From Pelagibacteraceae bacterium AG-404-P08 (lineage in GTDB: Bacteria > Pseudomonadota > Alphaproteobacteria > HIMB59): a DNA stretch of 64,000 nt. The translations under genes and the position numbers were made by a program. Shown here in pieces: positions 50,437-59,181 of this stretch (the first letter of the stretch is position 1; each line of letters opens with the position of its first letter). The DNA lies in contig QCJF01000006.1 in assembly GCA_003216195.1 (NCBI GenBank), positions 27,564-91,563 on the forward strand. The letters are read 5' to 3'. The notes under the pieces were generated by a model. It was not told where the DNA came from. It did not search any database and was given only the letters and a program-made list of their open reading frames with translations.

Positions 50437-51168
50437 CTATTTTGGTAAAATACAAACTGGGATAGGGTTCATTTTATGAACGTTATTTTTTCTAATCTCA
50501 AGATATTTTTGTCTATTTGATGATTTCTCATTAAGCATTGCCTCTTCAATTTCAGAGTAACTTAAACCAACTTGATCTTCATCAGATCTTCCATCAGTCC
50601 ATAAACCATCTGTTGGGGCAGCGTCTATTATGTCTTGGTTTATATTTAATTCCTTCCCCATATCCCATACTTCTGTTTTGAGACAATCTGCGATTGGAGA
50701 AATATCAACTCCTCCATCACCGTATTTTGTATAGAAACCAATTCCAAAGTCTTCAACTTTATTTCCTGTGCCAACAACGATTCCATTATTACTAGCTGCT
50801 ATTTGATACAAAGTCATCATCCTTAATCGAGCCTGTGAATTTGCATAACCGTGTTCTGAGTCATTTTTATCAAGAGCTGACTTAAAACTTTCAAATACAA
50901 GAGAGAGGTCTATCTTAAAGTCTGTTACATTACTAAAATTCTTTATTAACCAGTCTATGTGATTTATGCCTCTTTCATTAGTTGTTTTGTGATCAAGTAT
51001 AGGCATGTTCGCAACAAAAGTTTTTAAACCTGTTTTTGCTGACAAAGTACTTGTAACAGCAGAGTCAATGCCTCCTGAAATACCAATAACTAACGCTTCA
51101 ACATTGTTTGAATGTGCATAATCTTTAATCCAATTTGATATAAATTCAATTTTTTCTTTGGTATGCAT
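50437..51168 (-). CDS. nadE: NH3-dependent NAD+ synthetase
   Basis: GISGGIDS, ARLRM, GFYTKYGDG and PTDGLW motifs. Confidence 0.96.
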   Translation of the reverse strand: MHTKEKIEFISNWIKDYAHSNNVEALVIGISGGIDSAVTSTLSAKTGLKTFVANMPILDHKTTNERGINHIDWLIKNFSNVTDFKIDLSLVFESFKSALDKNDSEHGYANSQARLRMMTLYQIAASNNGIVVGTGNKVEDFGIGFYTKYGDGGVDISPIADCLKTEVWDMGKELNINQDIIDAAPTDGLWTDGRSDEDQVGLSYSEIEEAMLNEKSSNRQKYLEIRKNNVHKMNPIPVCILPK

Positions 51169-51293
51169 ATTTTGTATTACGATAGCTTAATATCAAAAGT
51201 TCAACTATTTAATTATTATTTTAATTCATTTTATCAATCAATATATGATAAAATTTTATAAATTTTGTATATGTAGATATTTATAAGAAAATT

Positions 51294-52481
51294 ATGTCTT
51301 TTAGGGTACTCAAATTTTTAATTAAACACTTAATCAAAACAAGATCTATTATTATAAAATTTGAGGGAAATGACCATCTTATTGACAACGGCACAGATCC
51401 ATTAATTTTACAGATCAATAATAAGAAATTTTTAAATAAAATTTTTTATGCACCTTCTCTCGTGCTTACAGAAGGATATATGGATAAAGATTACGAGTTA
51501 AGCAATTCAACTTTTTATGAGTTTTCTGAATTACTTATTGAAAATTATAATAAATACCTTGAAAAAATATCAAATACACTAATTTTCAGAATTATTTTAA
51601 TCATTAATCCACTATTTCAGTTAAATTTCGTTAAGAGTTCAAAAAGTAATGTTGCAAGTCATTACGACTTATCTGATAGGTTGTATGACTTATTTTTGGA
51701 TGAAACTAGGCAATATTCATGCGCATACTTTGAAAATGAAAACGATTCATTAACACAAGCACAAACTAACAAAATGAGCAGATTAGCTGACAAATTATTA
51801 TTAAATTCCAATGATAGAGTTTTAGACATAGGTTGTGGGTGGGGATCACTTAGTAGACATTTTGCAGATCATCATGACTGTAAAGTAAAGGGTGTTTCAT
51901 TATCTGAAGAGCAAATTAAATATTGTAATGACCAACTTAAAAAGTCAGATAAAAAAGAAAATTTATCTTATTCTTTACAAGATTATAGAGATGAAGAGAA
52001 TTCTTATACAAAAATAGTTTCTGTTGGAATGTTTGAGCATGTAGGAAAACCCTTTTACAAAACATATTTTAAAAAAATATATAATTTATTATCTGATGAT
52101 GGCATAGCGGTTGTACATACAATCGGCAATATTAGAGTTCCGAAAATGACTCCTGCATTTATTAGAAAATATATTTTTCCTGGTGGTTATATACCATCTT
52201 TGTCTGAGGTAATGCCAGCAGTAGAAAAATCTGGACTTATAATCTCAGATATAGAGGTTCTTAGATTACATTATGCTAAAACACTTTCTCATTGGTTTAA
52301 AAATTTTAAAAAAGAAGAAAAAGAAGTTCTTAAACTGTATGATGATAGATTTATAAGAATGTGGGAAGCTTATTTAAATTTAAGTGAATTATCTTTTACC
52401 AAAGGTGATAATGTGATTTTCCAACTAGTTTTAACCAAAAAAAGAGACTCATTTCCTTTGGTTAGAAAAAAAATTAGTTAA
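51294..52481 (+). CDS. cfa: Cyclopropane-fatty-acyl-phospholipid synthase family methyltransferase
   Basis: HYDLS, YSCAYF, LDIGCGWG, SVGMFEHVG, YIFPGG and HYAKTL motifs. Confidence 0.88.
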   Translation: MSFRVLKFLIKHLIKTRSIIIKFEGNDHLIDNGTDPLILQINNKKFLNKIFYAPSLVLTEGYMDKDYELSNSTFYEFSELLIENYNKYLEKISNTLIFRIILIINPLFQLNFVKSSKSNVASHYDLSDRLYDLFLDETRQYSCAYFENENDSLTQAQTNKMSRLADKLLLNSNDRVLDIGCGWGSLSRHFADHHDCKVKGVSLSEEQIKYCNDQLKKSDKKENLSYSLQDYRDEENSYTKIVSVGMFEHVGKPFYKTYFKKIYNLLSDDGIAVVHTIGNIRVPKMTPAFIRKYIFPGGYIPSLSEVMPAVEKSGLIISDIEVLRLHYAKTLSHWFKNFKKEEKEVLKLYDDRFIRMWEAYLNLSELSFTKGDNVIFQLVLTKKRDSFPLVRKKIS

Positions 52482-52522
52482 ATATCTCTGTTTTTGAATT
52501 CATATTCAATTATATTTACTTT

Positions 52523-53467
52523 ATGTCATATGAGCAAAAAATTATTAATTATTTTGAAAAGAATTATAAAAAAATAGGTGATGATTGTGCTTATATAAAT
52601 AAAACAAAACAATTAATCTCTTCTGATACTTTAGTTGAAAATAAGCATTTTGATTTAAAGCATTTTACTCCAAATAACATAGCGCATAGACTTTTTCTAT
52701 CAAATTATAGTGATATTCAATCCTCAGGAGGCGTACCTAAATATGTTCTATTAAATATTAGTTTTCCAAATAAAAACTATAAGTTTGTGCAACAAATCAT
52801 CGCTAATTTTCATAGAATATGCCTAAGAAATAAGGTTGAGATAATTGGTGGGGATACAACTTCTTCTGATAAATTATTTTTATCTCTAACAATTATTAGC
52901 GATAAAATTAATAATACTAGATTAATTAAGAGATCTAATGCTAAAGTTAATGACAAAATATACACTTTTTCAGGTATTGGATATTCAAAACTAGGATACT
53001 TAAGTTTATATAGTAAGTTGAGATTACCTAATTATTTAAAAAATTTATCTGTAAAACAATTTTTAAGACCTAAAATGTATATTTATCAAGATATATTTAA
53101 GCATCTAAATATTACAAGTTGTATGGATTTATCAGATAGTCTTTTATCAACTTTAGAAACTATTTCGTTGAAATCCAAAAAAAAAATTAAATTAAATAAT
53201 CTCACCTCTATTAATTCTAAGCTTTATAAGTTCTTTAAAGAAGAAAAATATATATCTCTTATTTTATCCAGTGGGGAAGAGTATGTTCCAGTTTTTACCT
53301 CACCTAAAAACTTATTATATTTAAATAAAAAAAAACTTTTAATTGAAAGGGGTATTAAGATTATTTGTATTGGAAGTGTAGAAAAAGGTAAGGGTGTAAA
53401 TCTAAAAAATTTTAATCTTGGTAAAGTAAAAAAATTTGACCATTTTAAAAATAATTATTCTCTTTAA
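52523..53467 (+). CDS. thiL: Thiamine-monophosphate kinase
   Basis: IGDDCA, HF, NYSDI..SGG, GGDT, MDLSD and GEEY motifs. Confidence 0.88.
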   Translation: MSYEQKIINYFEKNYKKIGDDCAYINKTKQLISSDTLVENKHFDLKHFTPNNIAHRLFLSNYSDIQSSGGVPKYVLLNISFPNKNYKFVQQIIANFHRICLRNKVEIIGGDTTSSDKLFLSLTIISDKINNTRLIKRSNAKVNDKIYTFSGIGYSKLGYLSLYSKLRLPNYLKNLSVKQFLRPKMYIYQDIFKHLNITSCMDLSDSLLSTLETISLKSKKKIKLNNLTSINSKLYKFFKEEKYISLILSSGEEYVPVFTSPKNLLYLNKKKLLIERGIKIICIGSVEKGKGVNLKNFNLGKVKKFDHFKNNYSL

Positions 53468-54476
53468 TAGCTCTTTTAATATTTATTAAGTTGATTTTAT
53501 TTAGATATATCTCTTTATATATATTACTGTCATTTTCTGCTCGTGTCTTTCTGTAAGCTCTATCATAATGATATTCAATTAATGATTTAACAAACTGAAA
53601 ATATTCCTTTTTTTTTAAATTTATTTCAATAAGTTTAAATTCTTCTTTTGGAATAATTTTTTTTAATACAATAAGTGCATTTTTCATTAAATCCGGTGAA
53701 TTTGTAAAATATTTATAATCTTTTAAAATGAATTTTACTCTCTCGGTTAAATTACTCTTTATTTTTACATTTTTACCCAAAGGCATATTTTTCCAGATTT
53801 TACTTGGAATACTTAACTTTCCCACTTTGATACTTTCCGCTTCAACCCAAATATTTTTTCTTGAATTGAAAGAGTGAAGTTTTTCATAAATTAATGTTTC
53901 AAATAATTTTTGTGATGGTTGAACAGTATTGGGTATATTTCCTAAAATAGAGCCTTTATGTTTGGCTAAACCTTCAAAATCGATTACTTGATATTTTTTC
54001 GATAATTCTTTGATAAAAAGTGTTTTGCCTACACCTGTTACACCCATAATTTGGTTAAATTTAAATTTATCAGTATTATTTTCAAAAAAATTTACTACAT
54101 AACCTCTGTACGTCTTATATCCACCCTCTAATAACGTTACGTCGTAGCCGATTTGTTTAAGAACTAAATATAAACTAAGTGATCTAAGACCACCTCTCCA
54201 ACAATAAATTAATGTTTTATTTTTTTTATCAAATTTTATTTTATTAATAATTTTTGAAATATTTGCACTAATAATACTAGCTCCTTCTTTTTTAGCTAAA
54301 AAAGAATTCTCTTTATATTTTAATCCTATTTCATGACGTTGTTTATTTGTTAATACAGGATAATTTACTGATCTTGGGATATGGTCTATATCAAACTCTA
54401 ATGGGGTTCTTACGTCAATTATAGTATTATAATCATCTATGGTACTACTTTTATAAGATATTTTATTGATGCGCAT
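53445..54476 (-). CDS. selU: tRNA 2-selenouridine synthase
   Basis: Rhodanese domain IDVRTPLEF/YCWRGGLRS, P-loop GVTGVGKT, LAKHKGS, QPSQKLFE and YHYD. Alternative start at 54485. Confidence 0.92.
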   Translation of the reverse strand: MRINKISYKSSTIDDYNTIIDVRTPLEFDIDHIPRSVNYPVLTNKQRHEIGLKYKENSFLAKKEGASIISANISKIINKIKFDKKNKTLIYCWRGGLRSLSLYLVLKQIGYDVTLLEGGYKTYRGYVVNFFENNTDKFKFNQIMGVTGVGKTLFIKELSKKYQVIDFEGLAKHKGSILGNIPNTVQPSQKLFETLIYEKLHSFNSRKNIWVEAESIKVGKLSIPSKIWKNMPLGKNVKIKSNLTERVKFILKDYKYFTNSPDLMKNALIVLKKIIPKEEFKLIEINLKKKEYFQFVKSLIEYHYDRAYRKTRAENDSNIYKEIYLNKINLINIKRAIKENNYF

Positions 54477-55218
54477 ATTTTTCATAATTTTTTTTATAAT
54501 ATATCCATATTACCTTAACTCTAAAGTAATAAATCTAAAATATGAAATTGATTGGAAATCAATTCACCTAGCAGATTTATTCTGGAAAATTAAAATTGAA
54601 GATAATTTATATGAAATTGACTTCACGATTAAAAGTTATGGTATGACTGACAAAATTTACGGGTATGAGTCTATTACAAAAGTTAGTGGGGAAATTAAAA
54701 ATGATAGCTTCAATCCCATTATTTACAAAAGTAAAACAAAAAGCTCTAAACAGGATAGATTTGAAAATATTATTTTTAACAAGAATGGTACTATATCAAA
54801 TATTGAAATCTCAAAAGAACTCTCCAGTGATCAGATAAATTTGCAAAATACTTTAATTAATGATTATCAATTTTTCACTGATCCAATATCGCAATTAGTT
54901 CAATATTTTATTTTCCAAACAGATTCAAAAAGGATAATTATTGATGGAATTAACATTTATGAATTAACATTAATTACAAAAAATACAGAAAACTTAAAAC
55001 CTAATAATCCTTCAATATACAAGGGAAACGTTGAAGTTATAGATTTAGTATTTCCTTTTTTTAAAGGTCTTTATAAAGAGAATAAAAAAAATAATTTAGA
55101 AGTTATAACGGTTTATTCATTTGAAAAAGAAATAATTAAAATTCCTGCTAAATTTAGAATTAATTCAAAAAAATTTAAAGCTAATCTATATTTGAAAGAA
55201 TATAAAATTCTTCAATAA
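54469..55218 (+). CDS. Exported hypothetical protein (DUF3108-like)
   Basis: Hydrophobic N-terminus, beta-rich body, DPIS motif and C-terminal IPAKF; family call is tentative. Confidence 0.55.
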   Translation: MRIFFIIFFIIYPYYLNSKVINLKYEIDWKSIHLADLFWKIKIEDNLYEIDFTIKSYGMTDKIYGYESITKVSGEIKNDSFNPIIYKSKTKSSKQDRFENIIFNKNGTISNIEISKELSSDQINLQNTLINDYQFFTDPISQLVQYFIFQTDSKRIIIDGINIYELTLITKNTENLKPNNPSIYKGNVEVIDLVFPFFKGLYKENKKNNLEVITVYSFEKEIIKIPAKFRINSKKFKANLYLKEYKILQ

Positions 55219-55649
55219 TGAAAGTAACAAAAAATAGATCAATCTTAAAAACTATAAGTTATAGAATAGTTGGTTTTATAAATACTTTTCTGATAAGTTT
55301 TTTTGTTATTTCTTATGGTTCAGGAAACTTTGATGCAACTTCTCCTTTCTATGTGGCTTTAATTGTTTTCATTCTGAAAATGATTACATACTATTTTCAT
55401 GAAAGAGTATGGAATTTATACAAATATGGCAGACTTAATCAAAAAGTAATTAGACTTAGATCATTTTTCAAGGCACTCACATGGAGATTAGCCGCATCTA
55501 CAATAACATTTATTTCTGCTATTTTTATTACATCAAACTTAGATTGGACAAAATCCATTGTCATTTATGAAATTATGAACGGTATATTAATTTATTATAT
55601 TCATGAGAGAGTCTGGAACAAAATTCAATGGGGCAGAACTAAATTATGA
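55218..55649 (+). CDS. Membrane protein with two DUF2061-like repeats
   Basis: RS..K..(S/T)(Y/W)R...YY(F/I)HERVWN occurs twice. Confidence 0.75.
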   Translation: MKVTKNRSILKTISYRIVGFINTFLISFFVISYGSGNFDATSPFYVALIVFILKMITYYFHERVWNLYKYGRLNQKVIRLRSFFKALTWRLAASTITFISAIFITSNLDWTKSIVIYEIMNGILIYYIHERVWNKIQWGRTKL

Positions 55650-55993
55650 ATTTCATATTTAAAATTGAAAATAACCTTATGGAGCTTTTTAAAGGTAATT
55701 TACCTTTATACAAAAGTTATTGGATTTATTATGTCCTTGTCAATTTCCTTATTTCGGCACCACTATTGCTTGTCACAAAAATACATATACAAAATTTTAT
55801 TTATACATTTTCATTATATCTTGTATTAAATCTAATCTATTACTTTACATCTTGCATTGGTGTTTGGAGAAGTTCTCAAAAATATAAAGGTAATAAAATA
55901 CTATCTTTTTTAGCTAGATTAATCGTAGTAATAGGCATATCTACAACTATCTTAGAATTGAAAACTATCCTTACAATCATTTATAGTTTTTGA
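55646..55993 (+). CDS. Hypothetical membrane protein
   Basis: Three hydrophobic segments, GVWRS motif; ATGA overlap with the upstream gene. Confidence 0.7.
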   Translation: MNFIFKIENNLMELFKGNLPLYKSYWIYYVLVNFLISAPLLLVTKIHIQNFIYTFSLYLVLNLIYYFTSCIGVWRSSQKYKGNKILSFLARLIVVIGISTTILELKTILTIIYSF

Positions 55994-56041
55994 TTGTTTA
56001 AAAGCCTTCAAATATGAAAAAAAATCCATATTATCATTTTC

Positions 56042-56221
56042 ATGGATGATGAAACACAATTAAAAGTTAGAAAATTTCTGAAAAGGTTAGGGATTAGTTC
56101 ACAACAGGAGCTTAATCAATTTATTGAAAATAACCCTGACGTGAAAGATCTTTCAATTAAAGTATCTTTTGAAATTAATAATAAAAATGTTTTTGAGTTT
56201 GAAGATAAAATAAAAAATTAA
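56042..56221 (+). CDS. 59-aa protein (DUF6494-like), not in the ORF track
   Basis: MDDETQLKVRKFLKRLGISSQQELNQFI...; fills the gap and ends 5 nt before the next gene. Confidence 0.75.
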   Translation: MDDETQLKVRKFLKRLGISSQQELNQFIENNPDVKDLSIKVSFEINNKNVFEFEDKIKN

Positions 56222-56226
56222 TATAA

Positions 56227-56874
56227 ATGAAAAAAATTCAAAACCATTTTATTAGTGGCATATTAATTGTTGCTCCGTTAGCTTTATCTATTTACGTTGC
56301 ATGGGTAGTAGTTGGTATTGCAGATAAAATATTTAGACCTTTCATACCTCTAAATAAATTTGGTATTCCATCTGAAATACCTGGTGTTGGTTTAATAGTT
56401 GCTTTTTTATTTTTTACAATTTTAGGAGCCATAGCTGGAAGTTTTTTTGGAAAACTTTATCACCGAGTAGTTGATGCTGTTTTATCCAAAATACCTGGCT
56501 TAAACTCAATCTATAACACAGTAAAACAGATTATTGATACATTTGCTACGACACAGTCAAATGCTTTTAAAGAGGTTGTTCTTATTGAATATCCTCAAAA
56601 AGATATCTTTGCTCTTGCTTTTTTAACTAGTGAAACAAAAGGGGAAATCGCAAAAAGAAAAAATCAAAAAATGATAAATGTTTTTATGCCATCTACACCT
56701 AATCCAACCACAGGTTTTTTAATGTTTGTTCCATTATCAAAATGTACCAAACTTAATATGTCTGTCGATCAAGCAATCAAATACATAATTTCTGCAGGAC
56801 TAGTTACACCCAAAGCACCGGAAATTAAAAAAGCTCTTCCTAAAAAGAAAAAAGTCAAAAAGTTAACTAAATAA
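56227..56874 (+). CDS. DUF502 membrane protein
   Basis: IYNTVKQ, VVLIEYP, FMPSTPNPTTGF and IISAG motifs. Confidence 0.92.
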   Translation: MKKIQNHFISGILIVAPLALSIYVAWVVVGIADKIFRPFIPLNKFGIPSEIPGVGLIVAFLFFTILGAIAGSFFGKLYHRVVDAVLSKIPGLNSIYNTVKQIIDTFATTQSNAFKEVVLIEYPQKDIFALAFLTSETKGEIAKRKNQKMINVFMPSTPNPTTGFLMFVPLSKCTKLNMSVDQAIKYIISAGLVTPKAPEIKKALPKKKKVKKLTK

Positions 56875-58932
56875 TAGTTTTATTGCTTCTTGTTGCTTAA
56901 AAAACATAAGTAACTTATATATATCTTTCTTAAATTTTTCATTTTCATACTCTTTTTTTTCAATCAATTTTTTTACATATTGAATTGCATCTATTATTAG
57001 TTCTTGATCATGATAAACATTTACAAACTTGAATAATGAGTCACCACTTTGGCGATATCCTAATATGTCACCAGTGCCTCTAATTTCGAGATCTTTTTCG
57101 GATAATTTAAAACCATCTAAGTTTTCTTTAAATATTTTTAGTCGATTTATCGTATTGTCAGGTAAATCCTTGCCATATAATGCAAAACAATAGCCTTGAT
57201 TGTTACCTCTTCCAACTCTTCCTCTTAACTGATGTAATTGAGATAAGCCAAATTTTTCTGCATTTTCAATTACAATATAATCTGCATTTTTATTATCTAT
57301 ACCTACCTCTACTACAGTAGTAGCAACTAATATTTTTATATTTCCTTTTTGAAAATTTTGAATAATTCTTTCTTTTTGATCACTCTTAATTTTACCATGT
57401 AACATTTCAACTTCTGAACCAAATATATTCTTCAAAGACTTAAATCGTGTTTCTACATCTTTATACTTTTGAGTCTCTGATGCTTCAACTAAAGGACAAA
57501 TCCAGTAAACTTGAGATACATTTGAAATTTTTTTCTTTAACAAAATTTCTATATCTTTAATTTTGTCAATATTCGATACTTTAGTTATTATCGGTTTTTG
57601 AAAAGCTGGCTTTTCTTTTAGTATTACCTGTTCTATTTCACCATATTGTGCTAATGCAAGTGTTCTTGGAATAGGTGTGGCAGACATTAATAGAATATTT
57701 GTATTTATTCCTTTTTCAGCTAAATAAAGTCTTTGTTGAACACCAAAACGATGTTGTTCATCGATTATTACATATGCCAGGGATAAGAAATTTAAATTTT
57801 CTTGAAAAATAGCATGAGTGCCAATAATAAAATTAAAAATACCTTTTTCTATTTTTTCATAAATTTCACTTTTATTTTTACTACTTCCAGTGAGCAATAT
57901 AGGATTAACTTCTTCACTATCTAAGTGATTTAATACATTGCTGTAAATTTGATTAGCTAATATTTCTGTAGGTGCCATATAAGCAACTTGTTTATGTTTT
58001 TGAATAAAAGGGATTGCTGTTAATAAGGATACAATAGTTTTACCTGAACCTACATCACCTTGTAATAGTACTGTTTCTCGATATTGAGTATTATTATAAT
58101 TATTTATATCGTTTATGATTTTATATTGATTTTTTGTCAACTCAAAAGGTAGCTCATTTATCAATTTATCTTGTAAATTAAATTTAAGATTTAAACTTTC
58201 ATTTTTTCTTTTTGTTTTTTCTTTTAAGTATCTAATAGCAAAATAATTTGATACTAGTTCATCAACTGCCAACCTTTTTCTAAAATTCTCTCTATGTTCA
58301 ATATCTTCTTTTACAGAGGGAAAATGCATTTTTATTAATGACTCATTGAACTTTGAAAAATTATATTTTTTAATAATATCTTCGTTCAACCATTCATCAA
58401 ATTTGTTTAAATGATTTTTTGCGTCATTTAAAACTATTCTGATATCTTTTAATGTGATACCCCTTGTTAAAGGATAAATATTTTCAAAAGTTCTTAATTT
58501 ATCCTCATTTTCTATCTCTTCTATGTAATCAGGGTGTGCTACACTAAGATTGCTTTTATAAAATGATACTTTTCCACTAATAATTAATTCTTTGTTTTCA
58601 GGATATTTTTTTCTAAGAAAATTCCCTCTTATTGAAAAATAAATTATGTTTATAATTAAAGATCCTTTTTCACATTCAATCACGTAGGGTAGTTTAGGAT
58701 TGAAAGGAAAATGATGTTTTTTTACCTTAACGAGAGTGGTAATAGTTTGTCCTTTTTCAAGATTTTTAAAGTCAATATCCTGAGTACGATCTACTGATCT
58801 AGTCGGTAAATTATAAAATATATCAATAACTGTGTTTATATTTAGATTTTTAAAATAGGACGCTTTCTTTGGACCTATTCCTTTAAGTTTTTCTACATTC
58901 TGATATAAAAAATCGAAACTATTGTCGTTCAT
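56863..58932 (-). CDS. recG: ATP-dependent DNA helicase RecG
   Basis: QGDVGSGKT, DEQHRFG, MSATPIPRTL, QLHQLRGRVGRG and DLEIRG motifs. Confidence 0.97.
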   Translation of the reverse strand: MNDNSFDFLYQNVEKLKGIGPKKASYFKNLNINTVIDIFYNLPTRSVDRTQDIDFKNLEKGQTITTLVKVKKHHFPFNPKLPYVIECEKGSLIINIIYFSIRGNFLRKKYPENKELIISGKVSFYKSNLSVAHPDYIEEIENEDKLRTFENIYPLTRGITLKDIRIVLNDAKNHLNKFDEWLNEDIIKKYNFSKFNESLIKMHFPSVKEDIEHRENFRKRLAVDELVSNYFAIRYLKEKTKRKNESLNLKFNLQDKLINELPFELTKNQYKIINDINNYNNTQYRETVLLQGDVGSGKTIVSLLTAIPFIQKHKQVAYMAPTEILANQIYSNVLNHLDSEEVNPILLTGSSKNKSEIYEKIEKGIFNFIIGTHAIFQENLNFLSLAYVIIDEQHRFGVQQRLYLAEKGINTNILLMSATPIPRTLALAQYGEIEQVILKEKPAFQKPIITKVSNIDKIKDIEILLKKKISNVSQVYWICPLVEASETQKYKDVETRFKSLKNIFGSEVEMLHGKIKSDQKERIIQNFQKGNIKILVATTVVEVGIDNKNADYIVIENAEKFGLSQLHQLRGRVGRGNNQGYCFALYGKDLPDNTINRLKIFKENLDGFKLSEKDLEIRGTGDILGYRQSGDSLFKFVNVYHDQELIIDAIQYVKKLIEKKEYENEKFKKDIYKLLMFFKQQEAIKLLFS

Positions 58933-59179
58933 GAATAATAACTACAAAGATAAATTAAAAAAAATAAAATATCGATGTCAAACATTAGGTATAAAAGAAT
59001 TAGATGTAATTTTTGAGAGAATTTATACAAAACTTGAAAATACTAATGATGAGGCTCTAATTGATCAATTAGATGATTTATTAAAAAATGAAACACAATA
59101 CATATTTGACGTATTTTTTAATGAGTCTTTCAAAGAAGATAGAATTAGGTACCTTAAAATTATAAATTTATCAAAATAA
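58931..59179 (+). CDS. SdhE/SDHAF2-like FAD assembly factor (divergent)
   Basis: KKIKYRC..LGIKELD and the recG/sdhE/mfd gene order; canonical RGxxE lacks its Arg. Confidence 0.6.
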   Translation: MNNNYKDKLKKIKYRCQTLGIKELDVIFERIYTKLENTNDEALIDQLDDLLKNETQYIFDVFFNESFKEDRIRYLKIINLSK

Positions 59180-59181
59180 TA

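Noticed and set aside
52523-53467. Gene next to selU being selD
   Set aside because: Same superfamily, but the motifs (IGDDCA, GGDT, GEEY) are ThiL-type and the SelD N-terminal Cys/Sec-x-x-Lys motif is absent.
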